Positions 47,916 to 58,041 of a DNA stretch of 64,000 nucleotides are shown here, piece after piece. Source of the stretch: an uncultured Hormoscilla sp. (GTDB taxonomy: Bacteria; Cyanobacteriota; Cyanobacteriia; Cyanobacteriales; Desertifilaceae); NCBI GenBank assembly GCA_963921275.4, contig OZ001293.3:2624001-2688000 (forward strand). Direction: 5' to 3'. Both the position numbers and the translations under genes were made by a program. The notes beneath the pieces are model-generated. The model saw only the letters and a program-made list of their open reading frames with translations. It made no database searches and had not been told where the DNA came from. The stretch's first letter is position 1. Each line of letters opens with the position of its first letter.

Positions 47916-48280
47916 ACAGAGATACCTTTCTCTCGTTCCCAGGTAAAACCTGGAAACGGACCTCGCTCGGCTCCCCCCTCCTATCAGGAGTGCCTGTTCA
48001 AGTCTACTACCATACAGAGCCTGAAAGCATCGCCCCCTCGACAGAGATACCTTCTCTCGTTCCCAGGTAAAACCTGGAAACGGACCTCGCTCGGCTCCCC
48101 CCTCCTATCAGGAGTGCCTGTTCAAGTCTACTACCATACAGAGCCTGAAAGCATCGCCCCCTCGACAGAGATACCTTTCTCTCGTTCCCAGGTAAAACCT
48201 GGAAACGGACCTCGCTCGGCTCCCCCCTCCTATCAGGAGTGCCCGTTCAAGTCTACTACCATACAGAGCCTGAAAGCATC
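47916..48280. repeat. Three tandem 124-125 bp units
   Basis: Units start at 47916, 48041, 48165; each holds CGTTCCCAGG..CCTGGAAACG hairpin. Confidence 0.95.
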
Positions 48281-48373
48281 ATTACCGGCTCCCTCGGTCA
48301 AAACAAAGAGGTTCTTGAGAGCGATTGTTTTCAAACAGTTGCAAAACAAAAACGAATCCTCTTGATAACTGCC

Positions 48374-48431
48374 CCCACCCAAATCCCACCCAAATCCCAC
48401 CCAAATCCCACCCAAATTCCACCCAAATCCC
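48374..48431. repeat. 11-mer tandem repeat CCCACCCAAAT x5
   Basis: Directly visible. Confidence 0.9.
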
Positions 48432-48793
48432 CTACATTATCACATATAAGTACATATATAGTCATTACAAGACAAAAATTTCAATTTTGGAATTTTCTTA
48501 AGAACGCTCTCTCAGTGAGTCTATTTTGCAATGTATCTCATAGATGCTAGCGGGCGATCGCGACGATGGGATATTATGAGATCGCCCATACTCCCCTGAC
48601 CCAGAACGCCATAAACAAATTGGAGTATCGAGCGAAATATGTTTAGTAGCCCAAGAATATTTCCAAGCATTAGCAAGCTACACTGGCAGATATCAAATTG
48701 TTGCCGATCCGAAGGTGACGCGGATCTTTCACCCTGACGGAGCAGTCTCCATGCTACAAACAGAACTGTCAATATAAGAGAAGCGGAGGTGCC

Positions 48794-49525
48794 ATGTCGC
48801 TCCCAAAAATTTTACTCTCAAGGATCGCAGAAGCAAAAGCGGCGCTCGCGCAGCATCCTAACTCGGATTTGAATTTAGGTTACCGTCAGGGAATTTGGGC
48901 TGGGTTAAATTATAATATGGATGCTCAGTTGACCCGGGCGGAGATCGGACACAAAAGACGCGCTTTGCTGGCAATTATAGCAGCGGAGCGGGTTATACCT
49001 ATATGGGAAAGAATCTGGTCAATTGATGATACTCCACAATGTATTATAGCTACGGCCCGCCTCTTATTGAATGGATTGTTAGATACAAACATTGCTCGCT
49101 CTTACCGAGATGATAACTGGCAAAAGTTGGAAAGCTTGGCTTGCGCTCCATCATGCCAAGACTGGGAATATCAAAAAGCAGTTAGCGTCGGACTCAGCAG
49201 TATTAGCGCTCTTGGAGCTGTTTTAGATGACGAACAGTTTGATAGCGAGCATATTGACTATACTTTAACTGATGATGAGGTAGATTCTTACTCTAGCGAT
49301 GCATCTTTCTGGGCGGCGATCGCCTACTCGGGATCCCAGAGGAATCCCAGTCACGATGGGCGCAAACAACGCGAGTTTTGGGAATGGTGGCTGGATGAGG
49401 CGGTCAAAAACACTTGGTGGTCTTTTGATGATGATTCATTGCACTTAACGGCGTTTCCTCGCCAAATCCAACTAATTTCTATAGGAGCGGCTCCTCTTCA
49501 GGGAGTAGAGAGTAAAGAATCATAG
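48794..49525 (+). CDS. Imm5-like immunity protein (orphan)
   Basis: LGYRQGIW, GHKRRALLA..VIPIWE, DASFWAAIA, REFWEWWL. Confidence 0.6.
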   Translation: MSLPKILLSRIAEAKAALAQHPNSDLNLGYRQGIWAGLNYNMDAQLTRAEIGHKRRALLAIIAAERVIPIWERIWSIDDTPQCIIATARLLLNGLLDTNIARSYRDDNWQKLESLACAPSCQDWEYQKAVSVGLSSISALGAVLDDEQFDSEHIDYTLTDDEVDSYSSDASFWAAIAYSGSQRNPSHDGRKQREFWEWWLDEAVKNTWWSFDDDSLHLTAFPRQIQLISIGAAPLQGVESKES

Positions 49526-49846
49526 CAGGGCGCCAGTGACAGCACATCAAAGGCGATCGCCAACTTGAGCCAGCGCTGCCCTTAGTTTTGGGGACGTTTG
49601 ACAGGATCCGAATTCCGGTAATCACCGAGCCGTACCCGATCGCCCCCTGAACCTAATCGCACTACCCTAGAGACATCTATCGCCCCCCGATAGCCCTGCC
49701 CTGGCAGCGGGCTCCTACCGAGTTCCCTAGCTCCCCCGCAGGGCTATGAAACTAATTGACAATGGTGCAAGATCTCAGATGCTATTATCCCACAAAAATA
49801 ATCTTACCCACATCGTAAGTTCCCCAAAACAGCTATTGAGCCAACT

Positions 49847-51353
49847 TCAATTAACCACAGTGAAATCATCGACATTAATCAGGTTCTCATCAATCCGCTG
49901 CAGGGTGGCCAAGGTTTCCCCGGCGAAAGAGTTAATCAAGGTATCTCTGCCCTGAGAGACGATCGCCAAATCGTCGAAACTCAAACCTCCTGCAGCCAGC
50001 CAGATCGAGTCCGTGCCATATTCAAAGTCTATGATGGTATCCCGGCCCCTGCCCGACTCCAGGACAAAAAGATCGGCCTGAGATCCCCCGTAGAGGCGAT
50101 CGCTTCCATCTCCGCCGATGAGAGTGTCGAAGCCACGGTCTTCGTAGAGGCGATCGCTTCCATCTCCGCCGATGAGATAGTCGTTCCCATCTTTTCCGTA
50201 GAGGCGATCGCTTCCCTCTCCGCCAAAGAGGGTGTCGTCCCCCTTTTTCCCAAAGAGCCAGTCTTTCCCTCCTAGACCTAAGAGCTGTTCCCCGTTGGGT
50301 GTCCCTTGGAGGCGATCGTTCCGATTATCCTGACCGACTATTGGTGCGGCGACCTCCAGAACATCCTTGACGTCAATAGTAAAGACCTCCTCGTAACGGT
50401 TCCCAGTAGAGTCGGTAGTTTGGACGCGGATGCTGTAGCTCGATTGGGTCTCAAAGTCCGAGGAACTGTTAATTAGCAGGTTTTCTACTATGATGAAGGC
50501 GGCGTTATCATCGGCACCAACGCCGGAGACTAACTGGTAGGTAAAGGTATCTCCCTCATCGGGGTCGGTAGTGGAAAAAGTCCCTACGACTGCACCCTCA
50601 GGGGAGTTTTCGTCAATGCTGCTGCCAGAGAGGTTGAGGTCGGTAGGAGATTCGGCAACATCGTTCACGTTAATCGTGAAGACCTCCTCGTAACGGTTCC
50701 TAGTAGAGTCAGTAGTTTGGACGCGAATGCTGTAACTCGATTGGGTCCACCTCTACCGCCGTTGCCACCTCTACCGCCGTTGCCGCCGTGGCCGCCGCGG
50801 CCGCCGTCGTCGCCGCGGCCACCTCTACCGCCGTTGCCGCCGCCGTAGCCACCTCTACCGCCGTTGCCGCCGAAGCCGCCGTTGCCGCCGAAGCCGCCGC
50901 TGTTGCCGCGGTAGCCATTATTAGCAGAAATAGGAGTGACGAAATTAGCATTACCACCCGTATCGTGCCCGCTGCTATTGCCACCAATGGCGTGATTATT
51001 CACGAAAGTGCTATCGGTCACCGTGACCGTCCCGTTATAGACAAACAGGCCACCGCCCATGCCTGCCCCGCCGCCGCTGCCATTGCCTCCCCGGGCCCGG
51101 CCGTTGCGAAAGGTCAGGTTATCGAAATTGACCACACTGCTTCTGACAAAGAACAGCCGGTATTGGTTGTTGCCACTAATGGTGTTGTTGTTCCCATATA
51201 TCGTGAGCTGGTCGTCTTCTTCAATAAGGGTAGCAACTTCGTCAGGGTAATATTTCCCGTGATGTTAATGGTATCTGCCTGACGGTTATTCTTGGAATTG
51301 GTAATCGCTTGAGAGAGTTCTGCTTCTGTGTTGACGTAGTTAAATTCAGCCAT
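49847..51353 (-). pseudogene. Glycine-rich, cadherin-repeat, RTX Ca-binding surface protein, frameshifted and internally deleted
   Basis: GGGAGMGGGLFV, GGNGG runs, DFETQSSYSIRVQTTD cadherin, GGDGSDRL repeats across three frames. Confidence 0.8.
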
Positions 51354-51394
51354 AATATCTCCTAATGATTGGTTCGGGGGAGCCCTTCTAGGGG

Positions 51395-51647
51395 TTGGAT
51401 AGTTTGGACGACCTGATCGTCGGGGCCCCCGGTGCTAGTAACAGTCGCGGACAGTCCTACGTAGTCTTCGGCAAGAACGACAGCAACCGAGTGGACTTAA
51501 ACAGTGTGACTGCGGGTATTGGCGGCTTTGCGATCAACGGCATCCTCAACAATGACCGTTCCGGTACCAGCGTCAGTAATGCTGGAGACGTGAATGGAGA
51601 TGGCTTGCAAGACCTGATTGTCGGGGCCTCGGGTGCGTCCGGCGGGT
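51395..51647 (+). pseudogene. FG-GAP/integrin-like repeat fragment
   Basis: DDLIVGAPG..GQSYVVFG..SVSNAGDVNGDGLQDLIVGA. Confidence 0.75.
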
Positions 51648-51664
51648 ACTGTTCCGGAAAAATC

Positions 51665-51879
51665 GGACCCGGGGCGGCCCGACAACAGCTCCCGCAGCCG
51701 CCACCGGAGCCATGCCGTTCGCGCAGCGGCGCGTAGCGCTTCCCGACAGCCGTCCCAGCCACCGCCAATCCCATCCCGCCAACCGCTGCGGAAACTCCCG
51801 CACCAGCCGCAGTACCCACCCCGACGCCGGCAGCAGCTTCAATCATGTCTTTGGTCTTGTTGTTCTTAGAGTCCGTCAT
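51665..51879 (-). pseudogene. Small glycine-zipper-like protein, disrupted and truncated
   Basis: AAAGVGVGTAAGAGVSAAVGGMGLAVAGTAVG then GC-rich insertion, GMAPVAAAGAVVG continues in another frame. Confidence 0.55.
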
Positions 51880-51893
51880 CGCTCATGTCCTCG

Positions 51894-53051
51894 TCACATC
51901 TTCTTGAGTATACCAATCAGCGCTTCACCCATAGCGCGACAACCCAGCATTTTCATGCCCACCGTTCCGGCGTCTTCCGCCTGCTCTTGTCCTGAAGGAC
52001 TCGGCATGCTCCAGACACCGCCGGAAAAATCAGACATAATATCACCCGTGCGATATCCCCGATCCAAAACTTGCATCACTGCTTGTTCAATTTTATCGGC
52101 GGCTGCCAGTTCGTTTAACCCATATTTTAACATCATCGCCGCACTCAAAGCTTGGGCTAAGGGATTGGCTTTATCTTGTCCCGCGATATCCGGTGCAGAA
52201 CCATGTACCGGTTCAAACACCCCTGGACCCGATGCCCCTAAACTAGCTGATGGTAACATGCCTATACTGCCCGTGAGCATGGCGGCGGCATCGGAGAGGA
52301 TATCGCCAAACAGATTACCCGTCACGATCGTATCAAACTGTTTGGGCGCGCGCACTAACTGCATGGCGGCATTATCTACGTAAAGATGAGACAGTTCTAC
52401 ATCCGGATATTCTGAAGATAAAAGGATAATGCGATCGCGCCAGAGTTGGGAGACTTCCAAGACATTGGCCTTATCCACAGAACATAGCTTACCGCGCCGC
52501 TTGCGAGCAGTTTCAAAGGCTACCCGCCCGATGCGATCGATCTCAGCTTCAGTATAAGCCATAGTATTCACGCCCCGCTGTGCGCCCGTTTCCGTAGCAA
52601 AGACTCCCTTGGGTTTGCCAAAATAAATCCCACCTGTCAATTCCCGCACCACCATAATATCTACCCCTGCCACCACCTCTGGCTTCAAGGTGGAAGCATC
52701 AACCAACTGAGGTAATATCGTCGCGGGGCGGAGATTGGCAAATAAACCCAAACCCGATCGCAGTGCCAGCAGTCCCGTTTCTGGGCGCTGATGGCGGGGA
52801 AGGTTATCCCACTTGTAACCCCCGATCGCCGCCAGTAACACGGCATCACTGTTACGGCACATTTCCAGGGTGTCAGGGGGCAGAGGTTCTCCGGTGGCAT
52901 CGATCGCAGCACCCCCCATCAGGGCTTCGGAGAATTCAAACTGGATATCGCATTGCTTGCCAATGACTTTCAGGACTTCTACTGTCACAGCCATGATTTC
53001 CGGACCAATGCCGTCGCCCGGAAGTAAGGTAATGCGGTATTTTGGGGTCAT
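51894..53051 (-). CDS. leuB: 3-isopropylmalate dehydrogenase with a 23-aa C-terminal insertion
   Basis: [42 protein letters not shown]. Confidence 0.96.
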   Translation of the reverse strand: MTPKYRITLLPGDGIGPEIMAVTVEVLKVIGKQCDIQFEFSEALMGGAAIDATGEPLPPDTLEMCRNSDAVLLAAIGGYKWDNLPRHQRPETGLLALRSGLGLFANLRPATILPQLVDASTLKPEVVAGVDIMVVRELTGGIYFGKPKGVFATETGAQRGVNTMAYTEAEIDRIGRVAFETARKRRGKLCSVDKANVLEVSQLWRDRIILLSSEYPDVELSHLYVDNAAMQLVRAPKQFDTIVTGNLFGDILSDAAAMLTGSIGMLPSASLGASGPGVFEPVHGSAPDIAGQDKANPLAQALSAAMMLKYGLNELAAADKIEQAVMQVLDRGYRTGDIMSDFSGGVWSMPSPSGQEQAEDAGTVGMKMLGCRAMGEALIGILKKM

Positions 53052-53154
53052 CTTCACTCTTATTGCTTGTCAGCTATTATCATACTCTATAAAATGTACT
53101 GTATGAGCTTTTCGTCCGGAAGCGAAGGTACAGAACTAGCCAGCTGACAAACAA

Positions 53155-53693
53155 ATGGAATATTTAATCTATTTTGATGTCTGTTGTCTAAATCGTCCCT
53201 TCGACGACCAGACACAGGAACGAGTGCATCAGGAAGCTAAAGCCGTGCGACTAATCATAGATCGTTGTCACAGCGGTAACTGGCAGATGCTTGGCAGCGA
53301 AGCCATAGATGCAGAACTCGATCGGACCCCTACTGGGGCAAGAAAACAGCAGATGGAGACCTGGGTTGCTTTGGCCATAGCGACAGTCGCGATCGACGAA
53401 CAAATCTACTCGCGTGCTGCGGAACTTTTTGAACTGGGGTTAAAAAATTACAATGCGGTGTCTGGAGCATGCCGAGTCCTTCAGGACAAGAGCATGCGGA
53501 AGACGCCGCCTTGCACATCGCTTGTGCGGAAGTGGGAAATGCCGACATATTGTTAACGACAGACGATTGCGCTGCGCGCACGCTACGCGATCGGATGTTG
53601 CGTTTGGCGGCTAGGTTAAGCTCTGTGTTACAAGTAAAAGTGGAGAACCCATTGCGGTGGCTAAGAGAGGTAACAAATGATAGACGTGAGTAA
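53155..53693 (+). pseudogene. PIN domain toxin disrupted by two micro-insertions
   Basis: IYFDVCCLNRPFDDQTQ..; 53-nt insert 53455-53507 shifts the frame; ALHIACAE..LLTTDD. Confidence 0.85.
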
Positions 53694-55081
53694 ACTGACT
53701 TTAGAACAGATTATCACACTAGTAATAGACGCTCTTGCTGAAAGTCTCGGTCCTGCGGGGATGGGGCGTTTTATGGAGCAGTTCGAGAAAGGGAGTGGAG
53801 ATTACACTCGCGATCGGGATAAATTTTTAGGCAATAGCACCCTTGAGGAAATTTTTGCCCAGATCCAACAGCGGCGACAACAGCAAACTGAAAATGCCAA
53901 TCGGACACCGTTCCGGAAAAATCTGACCCAATTCAAAAACGCGATCGATGTTCGCCAGCTAACTCTATCCCAGATTAGGGAATTGGGAATAGAAGTGCTG
54001 ACCTTGGCCCTTGGCCGATCGGGCATGGAGCGATTTCTGCAAAAATTAGAAATGGACAATGGTGATTATTACGGATGGGGTCGAGCCGGGAATCGCTTCC
54101 CGACCCTCCCTTGAGGAACCGGAATTGCGATTTTCACCGCATCCGGCTACTGGGTACTAGGCCCTTTTCATAGGTAGACTTAATAGGAATTACTTCCGTT
54201 AGCCCTTGCCGCCTGTCTTTTCTTCCCTTTCCTGGTTTAGCGAGTGGTTGTTCTGATAACCGTTAGTATCACCATTTTCAAGTCAGTTTTACCAGTTATC
54301 CATACCTTATCCTCCACTTGCGTTTCGGATTAGTTCCGTGGCTTTTTAGGATTACTCATTCCAGCAGCTTCCTAGTATCACCGACCCACGTCAGCGCTGG
54401 CTACCCAGCATCATCTACATTACTGTAGATGTTATCCCAGGAATTACCCCGGGCATTCGCTTCTTGGGCCATCCCTCCCCCCGTGGCTTGCGCTTAACAT
54501 CTAACTTGTCCTGATGGACAGCACACGAGAGGTTACTTCGTTCCCTAACAACATTTCGCGATACCTTTAGGTCCACACTATACCCCGGGAGCTATTTGAG
54601 TACTATATTAGCCAGAGTCTAAAACTAATACTAGCTACCATTTCCTTTTTAGGCCAGCGCATATAGCCTTATTTCGCTGGTTCCTTATAACGAGGCTTGC
54701 ACATGTTTGCCTGCTCTAACCTTGGATATCTTTCCTAGCGGCGTCACCGGCTTAGGCTGCCAGTTATCCTACATTTGAGTCCTCGCTTAGCACCACGATG
54801 ATGTCGCTTCGTAGCACCGAGGACCGGTGTCACCCCCGTACCTGGGGGGAGGGGAATTTAACCCCCATGCGGTCAGAGTTCCCGGCTAATAAAACCGGGC
54901 TAGCGTTCCGTGTTTGACCACGTTAGGCTAGAACGAATCGCACAGGCTCAATAAGGATAAATGGCTATCCAATCTTACCTTTGACCATATTCACGATCGC
55001 ATCGCCGCCCTGACAGCTACTACTCCCGCAAATCATTGCAATGAGATCGCAAATGAAGCCCATCAACAATCGCCTTTGTAA
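53677..55081 (+). pseudogene. Duplicated-domain antitoxin-like gene knocked out by an antisense intron
   Basis: Two LG..GM.RF.....GDY repeats; frame continues GDYY|RLNKDKWLSNLTF when 54073-54943 is removed. Confidence 0.7.
54073..54943 (-). mobile_element. ORF-less group II intron, family A copy 4 (871 nt), antisense to host gene
   Basis: Near-identical to other copies; substitution in domain V at 54124. Confidence 0.95.
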
Positions 55082-55341
55082 ACTTTTGTAAAATTAGGTT
55101 AAAAGATTGTTCGGGAGAGATAGAGAGCATTATAATAGGAAAGAGTTGCGGGAAAATTTTCTGGGTAAGTTCAGTTTCAATTTCCGAAACTTATAAGGCG
55201 GTAGAGAAAAGCTAGGCTAGAATGAAGCAGAACTTAGAACCCTTGATGCTTGGCACGAGAACTGGCAATTTGCACCCGGGGACTCACTAAACAGTTCGAG
55301 CGCTGACGGTAAGCGATATGGACTTGGAAGTGAAAATGGGT
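54969..55341 (+). repeat. Diverged direct duplicate of 56757-57141 (ABC gene upstream region and first codons)
   Basis: Colinear match with scattered indels; ATG lost in this copy. Confidence 0.9.
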
Positions 55342-55431
55342 AATGACATTGCTTTGTTTATGTAGCCGGATCCCTCGTTCCCAGGCAGCGCATCCTCTCC
55401 GCGCTGCCTGGGAACAGGTTCGGGCGGCTTT

Positions 55432-56094
55432 CTATGGCATAATTGGGGCACTCACAAGATCGCTCCAGGGCCCTGGCTTTCCTTTCGGGTTGACCCAGCG
55501 CAACCGGTAGTAGGCAATTTTGCGCGCATCTTCGCTATCAAATTTCGATATATAGGGAGTGCGGGTATCGAGGCCGAAAAATCTCAACTCATCTGTATTC
55601 GTCGGCGGTGCGTCCCCGATCTTCACCCAAACTTCTGCCCCCATGACACCAGCAGGTTTAGCCCGACGGTTAGGAGTGGTTTCGTCGAAGAAACGCAGCG
55701 TGTGACTCAAGGGTTTGCTGAGGGCGATAATCACGATAGGGCGCGTTGTGGGGGCGCTAATGGCAGTGCGGTGGCTTTCGGGGACGGTGATACCCAGGGC
55801 GGCACGGTGAGCGTTAGTAATGGTATCGCTAGCTTGCAGTTTGCGGACTTGGCGGCGGATCTCCTTTTCCCAGGCTTGGCGGTCTTCGTCTTTTTGCTGA
55901 CGCGCGCTTTGGGCCGCTGCTTGGGCGTTAAGATGGACTTCGTAGGAGGTTTCCCAGCCAGATTGAGTAGCGATGAGGGTGGTAATATCCTCGTTGCTGA
56001 CCTTAAGTTCGTCTTTATTAGTTTGCAAGTAGCTTCCGAAATTTATTTGCCAGTTATTGAAATCATTGTCAGAAGAAGGAATGTAGTCGGCCAT
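55432..56094 (-). CDS. Hypothetical protein, helical N-terminus plus FN3-like C-terminus
   Basis: MADYIPSSD..RAALGITVP..KPAGVMGAEVW..YYRLRWVNPKGKPGPWSD. Confidence 0.7.
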   Translation of the reverse strand: MADYIPSSDNDFNNWQINFGSYLQTNKDELKVSNEDITTLIATQSGWETSYEVHLNAQAAAQSARQQKDEDRQAWEKEIRRQVRKLQASDTITNAHRAALGITVPESHRTAISAPTTRPIVIIALSKPLSHTLRFFDETTPNRRAKPAGVMGAEVWVKIGDAPPTNTDELRFFGLDTRTPYISKFDSEDARKIAYYRLRWVNPKGKPGPWSDLVSAPIMP

Positions 56095-56507
56095 TGAGAT
56101 ATCCTGTTCGCGATTAATTTTGTAAAAGTACTGACCCTGATGCCAAGCCGTTGCTCTGGCGGGACAAAATGTCGTCTCCAAAGGGCTTTCTCGCTTTTAG
56201 GCTTCGATGTCTCCGGAGAGTTCGATGTCTTTTGGGGCGAGATGTATCCTGGGAGCGCTAACCACACTACCCAGTATACCGCTCGCGTGTCTAATCGCAC
56301 TACCTCTCTGATCGTGGCGCTAGGACGATGTCTCTACCGGTAGTGCAACTACGATGTCTCGGGGGTTTCTCCGTGCGTCCGGGAGACGTCGAGTTCCCCC
56401 GAGACATCGAACTCCCCCGAGACATCGAACTTTCCCGGGGACACTCAGCGCGCAGATCACGTCGAAGCCAAAGCGATGGCCCCTTAAGGATAGATATATT
56501 CTATCAT

Positions 56508-56652
56508 GGAATAACTCAGTCATGCCTCTCTGTGACTGAGTTATTTTCTGGAGTGACTGAGTTATTCCTTGGAGTAATTGTTCAGTTCCTGAGGTGACCG
56601 TTTATTTCCTGGAGTAACTGAGTTATGCCACCGAGTACGAGAGTCATGCCCT
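56508..56652. repeat. Degenerate 21-nt tandem repeat, about 7 units
   Basis: Consensus GGAGTRACTGAGTTATKCCTY at 56508, 56529, 56550, 56571, 56611, 56632. Confidence 0.8.
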
Positions 56653-57045
56653 GACGGCACAGATCTTTACCAAGGGTGAGATTCCTCACTCTCAGGCCGG
56701 AACAGTGCGAGTGCCGTGGCCAAGCCAGCCCCCAGCCCCCCAAAGCTTAGATGCGCCCAATCTTACCTTTGACCATATCCACGATCACATCGCCGCCCTG
56801 ACAGCTACTACTCCCGCAAATCATGGTAATGATATCACAAATGAAGCCAATAAACAATCGCGTTTGTAAAGTTTTGTAAAATTAGGTTAAAAGATTGTTC
56901 GGGAGAGATAGAGGGCATTATAATGGGAAAGAGTTGCGGGAAAATTTCCAAGTGGGTAAGTTCAGTTTCAATTTCCTAAACTTATGCCCACGGCGGTAGC
57001 GAAAAGCTAGGCTAGAATGAAGCAGAACTTAGAAGCATTGCAGCT

Positions 57046-57996
57046 ATGGCACGAGAACTGGCAATTTGCACCCGCGGACTCACTAAACAGTTCGATCGCC
57101 ACATTGCGGTCAACGATATGGACTTGGAAGTGGAAATGGGTGAGGTCTACGGCTTGATTGGACCCAATGGGGCGGGTAAAACTACCCTGATCCGCATGTT
57201 GGCAACTGCTGAAGACCCCACGACGGGGGAAATCTATATAAATGGCGATCGCCTGCTACGGGACCAAAGCAATCCGACTCTTAAGCGTCGCCTGGGCTAT
57301 CTCCCGGATGACTTTCCTCTATACGACGATCTCACGGTTTGGGACTACCTGGAATATTTTGCCCGTCTCTACCAACTGCGAGACCCCCGTCGCACTCAAC
57401 GGCTATATGAAGTTCTGGAACTGGTGCAGCTGACTAACAAACACCATAGCCCGATCGCGAGCCTCTCCCGGGGAATGAAACAGCGGCTTTCTCTGGCGAG
57501 AACCATTATCCACGAACCAATTCTGCTACTGCTAGATGAACCGGTCTCAGGCTTGGACCCGATCGCCCGGATGCAGTTTCGGGAAATCATCAAAACATTG
57601 CAGTCAGCGGGAATGACTATTCTGATTTCCTCTCACGTGCTCAGCGACTTGGCAGAACTCTGTACCTCTGTGGGTATAATGGAATTAGGTTTTCTGGTGG
57701 AAAGTGCATCACTCAAAGACCTTTACCAGCGTCTCAGCCGCCAGCAAATCCTCATGTCTACCCTAGAAAATACGGACGGCCTACTTGCGGAACTAAAAAA
57801 TCATCCGCAGGTTCAAGGGTGGGAACTGCTGCCTTCATATGGTCAAGTGCGGGTTGATTTTGCTGGAGATCGGGAAGAATGTGCGACGTTATTACGCGCG
57901 ATAGTTGCTGCTGGCATTCCCCTGACGGAATTCCACTGCACTCAAGAAGATTTGGAAACGATATTCCTGAAATTAGACCACAAACAAGCATCCTAG
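57046..57996 (+). CDS. ABC-2 type exporter ATP-binding protein
   Basis: GPNGAGKTT, LSRGMKQR, LLLDEP, SSH. Confidence 0.95.
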   Translation: MARELAICTRGLTKQFDRHIAVNDMDLEVEMGEVYGLIGPNGAGKTTLIRMLATAEDPTTGEIYINGDRLLRDQSNPTLKRRLGYLPDDFPLYDDLTVWDYLEYFARLYQLRDPRRTQRLYEVLELVQLTNKHHSPIASLSRGMKQRLSLARTIIHEPILLLLDEPVSGLDPIARMQFREIIKTLQSAGMTILISSHVLSDLAELCTSVGIMELGFLVESASLKDLYQRLSRQQILMSTLENTDGLLAELKNHPQVQGWELLPSYGQVRVDFAGDREECATLLRAIVAAGIPLTEFHCTQEDLETIFLKLDHKQAS

Positions 57997-58041
57997 TGTC
58001 AGGGAGCACTGGTACCACCAGTTATAAAGGATACAGGAAAA

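Noticed and set aside
47916..48280. CRISPR array
   Set aside because: Whole units repeat with no unique spacers; no cas genes in the window.
50709..51282. Ala/Thr-rich ORFs
   Set aside because: Alternative frames of the glycine-rich coding repeat.
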